A stretch of 64,000 nt of DNA, taken from positions 2,172 to 66,171 of IMG/VR virus record IMGVR_UViG_641736125_000004; one strand, given 5' to 3'. This stretch comes from a virus (Duplodnaviria > Caudoviricetes). Both the position numbers and the translations under genes were made by a program. Under the pieces are notes generated by a model, which saw only the letters and a program-made list of their open reading frames with translations, made no database searches and was not told where the DNA came from. Shown here in pieces: positions 57,022 to 64,000 of this stretch. Position 1 is the first letter of the stretch; every line of letters starts with the position of its first letter.

Positions 57022-57429
57022 ATGCTCTACAACAAGTGGCTGGCCGGCGCATTCACCGCGGCCGCGCTCTTCGCGTCCGCCTCGGCGCACGCGGAAGCGA
57101 GGGTGTATTTCGTCGAGCCGGCCGACGGCGCGTCCGTCTCGAGCCCCGTTCACGTGAAATTCGGTCTCGAAGGCGACATCGTGCTTCGGCCCGCGGGCGA
57201 CATGACGCCCCACACCGGTCACCACCACCTGCTGATCGACGGCAAGCCGGTGGCCAGAGGCGACGTGATTCCCGCCAACGATCACTCGCTGCATTTCGGC
57301 AAGCCTCAGACCGAGACGGAGGTGAGGCTGTCGCCCGGTCGGCACACGCTGACGCTGCAGTTCGGCGATGGCGCGCACCGCTCGTACGGCCCGGAGATGA
57401 GCCAGACCATCACGGTCAACGTCAAGTAG
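57022..57429 (+). CDS. DUF4399-like exported protein
   Basis: Signal peptide, VYF.EP.DGA.V, TGHHHLLID, LHFGK.QTE and G.HTLTLQ.GDG.H. Confidence 0.85.
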   Translation: MLYNKWLAGAFTAAALFASASAHAEARVYFVEPADGASVSSPVHVKFGLEGDIVLRPAGDMTPHTGHHHLLIDGKPVARGDVIPANDHSLHFGKPQTETEVRLSPGRHTLTLQFGDGAHRSYGPEMSQTITVNVK

Positions 57430-57594
57430 GCCATCGGGCTGGCGAGGGCCGAGCGAGGTTCCCGCCAGCCCGCGCCGCCGGTCGCCGCGCGCGCCGGCGT
57501 TGCGCGTTTCGCGCCCGGCCATTGTGCCGTATCGGCGCCGTGCGCCGCCCCCGGTACAATGGGCGCTTCCGATTTTTTCTCCGCCGTCTTCCCC

Positions 57595-59541
57595 ATGTCG
57601 CTTTATTCCATTACCGGCGCGCAACTCGCGTTCGGCCACGTCGCGCTGCTCGATCACGCGGACTTCTCGCTCGAAGCCGGCGAGCGCGTCGGGCTCATCG
57701 GCCGCAACGGCGCCGGCAAGTCGTCGCTGCTGAAGATCGTCGCGGATCTGGCGAAACCCGACGACGGCCTCGTCACGCGGCAGCAGCACCTCGTGACGGT
57801 CTATGTGCCGCAGGAGCCGGAATTCGCCGCCGGGCAGACGGTGTTCGACGCGGTGGCCTCCGGGCTGACCGATACGCGCGCGCTGCTCGCCGAATACGAC
57901 GAGATCGCGCACCGGCTCGCCGATACGCCCGAGGGCGCCGAGCACGACGCGCTGCTTGCGCGGATGAACGCGCTGCAATCGTCGCTCGACGCGACGGACG
58001 CGTGGAACTGGCGCACGCGGGTGGCGACGACGCTCGCGCAGATCGGGCTCGACGGCGATACGAAGATCGACGCGCTGTCGGGCGGGATGCAGAAGCGCGC
58101 CGCGCTCGCGCGCGCGCTCGTCGTGCAGCCGGACGTGCTGCTCCTCGACGAGCCGACCAACCATCTCGATTTCGACGGCATTCGCTGGCTCGAGGAACTG
58201 CTCGTCGCGCAGCGCGCGGGCCTGTTCTTCATCACGCACGATCGCGCGTTTCTCGATCGCGTCGCGACGCGCATCGTCGAGCTCGACCGCGGCCGCCTGC
58301 TGTCGTATCCGGGCAACTTCTCCGCGTATCAGACGCGCAAGGCGCAGCAGCTCGAGGTCGAGCGCGTCGAGAACGAGAAGTTCGACAAGCTGCTCGCGCA
58401 GGAGGAGGTGTGGATCCGCAAGGGCGTCGAGGCGCGGCGCACGCGCAGCGTCGGCCGCGTCGCGCGGCTCGAGCAGATGCGCCGCGAGCGCGCGGAGCGC
58501 CGCAACGCGCAAGGCAACGTGAGGCTCGACGTCGCGCAGGGCGAGAAATCGGGCAAGATCGTCGCGGAGCTGACCGACGTGACGAAGCGCTACGGCGAGC
58601 GCACGGTCGTCGAGCGCTTCTCGGCCACGGTGATGCGCGGCGACAAGATCGGCTTCGTCGGCCCGAACGGCGCGGGCAAGACCACGCTGCTCAAGCTGAT
58701 CCTCGGCGAACTGAAGCCCGACGCGGGCACGGTGCGCACGGGCACGAACCTGCAGGTCGCGTATTTCGACCAGATGCGCGCGCAACTCGATCAGGAGAAG
58801 AGCCTCGCGGACACGATCAGCCCCGGCAGCGAGTGGGTCGAGATCGGCGGCGTGCGCAAGCACGTGATGAGCTATCTGGGCGACTTCCTGTTCGCGCCCG
58901 AGCGCGCGCGCTCGCCCGTCAAGTCGCTGTCGGGCGGCGAGCGCAACCGGCTGCTGCTCGCGCGCCTGTTCGCGCGCCCGGCCAACGTGCTCGTGCTCGA
59001 CGAGCCGACCAACGACCTCGACATCCCGACGCTCGAACTGCTCGAAGAGCTGCTGACCGATTACGACGGCACGGTGCTGCTCGTCAGCCATGATCGTGCG
59101 TTTCTCGACAACGTCGTCACGTCGGTGATCGCCTCGGAGGGCAACGGCCTGTGGCGCGAATACGTCGGCGGCTTCACCGATTGGCAGATCCAGCGCGAGC
59201 GCGCGCAGCGGATCGCGCACGAGGAGGCGGCCAAGCGCGCGGCGAAGGAGCCCGCGAGCGCGAAGGATGACGCGCCCAAGGGCGCGGCGGGCCGCAATGC
59301 GCAGCGCACGGTCAAGCTGTCGTTCAACGAGCAGCGCGAGCTCGACGCGCTGCCCGCGAGGATCGCGGCGCTCGAGGCCGAGCAGAAGGCGATTGCCGCG
59401 CAGCTCGAGGACGGCTCGATCTTCTCGAAGGATCCGCAGGAGGGCACGCGCCTGACCGAGCGCTTCGCGGCGCTCGACGACGAGCTGCTCGCGGCGCTGG
59501 AGCGCTGGGAGGCGCTCGAGGCGAAACGTAAGCCTTCATGA
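57595..59541 (+). CDS. uup: ABC-F family ATPase Uup
   Basis: Two ABC domains, QEEVWIRKGVEARRTR linker and C-terminal KLSFNEQREL..RWE.LE. Confidence 0.92.
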   Translation: MSLYSITGAQLAFGHVALLDHADFSLEAGERVGLIGRNGAGKSSLLKIVADLAKPDDGLVTRQQHLVTVYVPQEPEFAAGQTVFDAVASGLTDTRALLAEYDEIAHRLADTPEGAEHDALLARMNALQSSLDATDAWNWRTRVATTLAQIGLDGDTKIDALSGGMQKRAALARALVVQPDVLLLDEPTNHLDFDGIRWLEELLVAQRAGLFFITHDRAFLDRVATRIVELDRGRLLSYPGNFSAYQTRKAQQLEVERVENEKFDKLLAQEEVWIRKGVEARRTRSVGRVARLEQMRRERAERRNAQGNVRLDVAQGEKSGKIVAELTDVTKRYGERTVVERFSATVMRGDKIGFVGPNGAGKTTLLKLILGELKPDAGTVRTGTNLQVAYFDQMRAQLDQEKSLADTISPGSEWVEIGGVRKHVMSYLGDFLFAPERARSPVKSLSGGERNRLLLARLFARPANVLVLDEPTNDLDIPTLELLEELLTDYDGTVLLVSHDRAFLDNVVTSVIASEGNGLWREYVGGFTDWQIQRERAQRIAHEEAAKRAAKEPASAKDDAPKGAAGRNAQRTVKLSFNEQRELDALPARIAALEAEQKAIAAQLEDGSIFSKDPQEGTRLTERFAALDDELLAALERWEALEAKRKPS

Positions 59542-59746
59542 GCCCGCCGTTGCGGAACCAGTAAAATACGCCGCGCTCCGGGCGACGCATCGCGCGGCCG
59601 TCTGGCGCGGCGCGCCGCCCGCTTTCGGAGCAATGCGAGCACGCCATTGTTTCGACTCGGATTTTTATCGAATTCAACGTTTTGTCCACGATGTTATCCA
59701 CACGCGCTGGGGATAACGTCAAGGTGAATGACGAACCTGAGCTTCT

Positions 59747-61728
<1,982 letters not shown>

Positions 61729-61786
61729 GCGCGGCCGGGCGCGCGCCCGGCTTCGCATGCATCGCATATACGGACACGAAATCTAG

Positions 61787-64000
61787 ATGGACGACAACAC
61801 TCCCGATCTTTTCGCCGAGCCGGCCGCGCCCGAGGGCGATTTCCTGACGCTCGGCCGCTACGCGGAGCGCCAGTATCTCGACTACGCGGTGAGCGTGGTG
61901 AAGGGGCGCGCGCTGCCCGACGTGAGCGACGGGCAGAAGCCCGTGCAGCGCCGGATTCTCTACGCGATGAACGAGATGGGCCTCGGCGACAACGCGAAGC
62001 CCGTGAAGTCCGCGCGCGTCGTCGGCGACGTGCTCGGCAAGTACCACCCGCACGGCGACCAGTCCGCGTACGACGCGCTCGTGCGGCTCGCGCAGGATTT
62101 CTCGATGCGCTATCCGCTGATCGACGGCCAGGGCAACTTCGGCTCGCGCGACGGCGACGGCGCGGCGGCGATGCGCTACACCGAGGCGCGCCTCACGCCG
62201 ATCGCGAAGCTGCTCCTCGACGAGATCGACGAGGGCACGGTCGAGTTCATGCCGAACTACGACGGCTCGTTCGACGAGCCGAAGCTGTTGCCGGCCCGGC
62301 TGCCGTTCGTGCTGCTGAACGGCGCGTCGGGGATCGCGGTCGGTCTCGCCACCGAGATCCCGTCGCACAACCTGCGCGAGGTCGCGGCCGCCGCGGTCGC
62401 GTTGATCCGCCATCCCGCGCTGCCGCACGCGGAGCTGATGCGGCTCGTGCCGGGGCCGGATTTCCCGGGCGGCGGCCAGATCATTTCGAGCGACGCGGAG
62501 ATCTCCGCCGCGTACGAAACCGGCCGCGGCAGCCTGAAGGTGCGCGCGCGCTGGAAGATCGAGGATCTCGCGCGCGGCCAGTGGCAGCTCGTCGTCACCG
62601 AATTGCCGCCGAACACGTCGTGCCAGAAGGTGCTCGAGGAAATCGAGGAGCTGACGAACCCGAAGCTCAAGGCGGGCAAGAAGACGCTCACGCAGGAGCA
62701 GATCAACACGAAGAAGACGTTGCTCGATCTGCTCGACGCGGTGCGCGACGAATCGGGCAAGGACGCGCCGGTGCGGCTCGTGTTCGAGCCGAAGACGCGT
62801 GCGATCGACCAGACCGAATTCGTCAATTCGCTGCTCGCGCACACGAGCCTCGAATCGAACGCGGCGCTCAATCTCGTGATGATCGGCGAGGACGGGCGGC
62901 CCGCGCAGAAGGGGCTCGCGTCGATCCTCGGCGAGTGGGTGCGGTTCCGCCAGGCCACCGTCACGCGGCGCTGCCGCCACCGGCTCGGCAAGGTGAACGA
63001 TCGGATCCACATCCTCGAAGGGCGGATGATCGTCTTCCTGAACATCGACGAGGTGATCCGCATCATCCGCGAAGCGGACGAGCCGAAGGCCGCGCTCATC
63101 AGCGCGTTCGGCCTCACCGAGCGGCAGGCCGACGACATTCTCGAAATCCGGCTGCGCCAGTTGGCGCGGCTCGAGAAGATCAAGATCGAGAAGGAGCTCG
63201 AAGAGCTGCGCGCGGAGAAGGCGAAGCTCGAGGAACTGCTCGCGAACGAGAGCGCGATGAAGCGGCTGATGATCAAGGAGATCGAGGCCGATGCGAAGCA
63301 GTACGGTGACGAGCGCCGCACGCTGATCCAGCAGGAGAAGCGCGCGACGTTCGAGGCGAAGGTCGTCGACGAGCCGGTGACGGTGGTCGTATCGCAGAAG
63401 GGCTGGGTGCGCGCGCTGAAGGGCCACGGGCTCGATCCGGCGAGCTTCTCGTTCAAGGCGGGCGACGGCCTGTACGCGGCGTTCCAGTGCCGCACGCCGG
63501 ACACGCTGATCGCGTGGGGCAGCACGGGCCGCGTGTATTCGGTGGCCGTCCAGGTGCTGCCCGGCGGGCGCGGCGACGGTGTGCCCGTCACGTCGCTGAT
63601 CGAGCTCGAATCGGGCTCGCACCTGCTGCACTACTACGCGGCCCCGGCCGAGCAGCCGCTGTTGCTCGCGTCGAGCAACGGCTTCGGCTTCGTCGCGAAG
63701 GTCGGCGACATGGTGAGCCGCGTGAAGGCGGGCAAATCGTTCATGACGATCGACGACGGGGCGGCGCCGCTCGCGCCGATGCCGGTGCTGCCGGATGCGT
63801 CGCAGGTCGCGTGCCTGTCGAGCGGCGGGCGCCTGCTCGTGTTCGGCATGGACGAGATGAAGACGCTCTCGGGCGGCGGGCGCGGCGTGATCCTGATGGC
63901 GCTCGACGCGAAGGAGACGCTCGTGCAGGCGCTCGCGATCGACGCGGCGGGCGTCGTGCTCACGGGCACGGGCCGCGGCGGCAAGGCGCAGGAGGAGGCG
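61787..64000 (+). CDS. parC: DNA topoisomerase IV subunit A (runs off the window)
   Basis: [28 protein letters not shown] and AAMRYTE, downstream of parE. Confidence 0.96.
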   Translation, partial: MDDNTPDLFAEPAAPEGDFLTLGRYAERQYLDYAVSVVKGRALPDVSDGQKPVQRRILYAMNEMGLGDNAKPVKSARVVGDVLGKYHPHGDQSAYDALVRLAQDFSMRYPLIDGQGNFGSRDGDGAAAMRYTEARLTPIAKLLLDEIDEGTVEFMPNYDGSFDEPKLLPARLPFVLLNGASGIAVGLATEIPSHNLREVAAAAVALIRHPALPHAELMRLVPGPDFPGGGQIISSDAEISAAYETGRGSLKVRARWKIEDLARGQWQLVVTELPPNTSCQKVLEEIEELTNPKLKAGKKTLTQEQINTKKTLLDLLDAVRDESGKDAPVRLVFEPKTRAIDQTEFVNSLLAHTSLESNAALNLVMIGEDGRPAQKGLASILGEWVRFRQATVTRRCRHRLGKVNDRIHILEGRMIVFLNIDEVIRIIREADEPKAALISAFGLTERQADDILEIRLRQLARLEKIKIEKELEELRAEKAKLEELLANESAMKRLMIKEIEADAKQYGDERRTLIQQEKRATFEAKVVDEPVTVVVSQKGWVRALKGHGLDPASFSFKAGDGLYAAFQCRTPDTLIAWGSTGRVYSVAVQVLPGGRGDGVPVTSLIELESGSHLLHYYAAPAEQPLLLASSNGFGFVAKVGDMVSRVKAGKSFMTIDDGAAPLAPMPVLPDASQVACLSSGGRLLVFGMDEMKTLSGGGRGVILMALDAKETLVQALAIDAAGVVLTGTGRGGKAQEEA

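Overview
High-GC betaproteobacterial DNA; gene content and style fit the Burkholderia pseudomallei/thailandensis group (inferred, no database search run). One tRNA-Arg(CCT) gene (3294-3368, minus strand) has a mobile element on each side. To its left is the end of a satellite-like island (1-3293) with a P4-type integrase, a HEPN-motif gene, iteron-like repeats and a copy of the neighbouring phage's predicted cos site. To its right is an apparently complete temperate prophage of about 46.9 kb (3355-50305), bounded by a 36-bp direct repeat that overlaps the tRNA 5' end. The prophage has a lambdoid switch, a primase-helicase, a lambda-type head, a P2-type contractile tail, lysis genes and a Dam-type methylase. 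Its roughly 11-kb cargo end carries a PAAR-DUF4123-Tox-REase-5-Imm52 T6SS effector cassette, a small lectin-like gene, a PLD-family gene, and a block bracketed by a 24-bp direct repeat (2-TM protein, orphan HigA, AAA-ATPase plus S8 protease of the ietAS type). After attR come a relic of an older related prophage, an IS3 fragment and chromosomal backbone (infA, hydrolase, DUF2306-like, rubredoxin, DUF4399, uup, parE, parC). Single-base frameshifts in backbone genes, including essential parE, suggest sequencing errors. All protein family calls come from motif recognition by eye.
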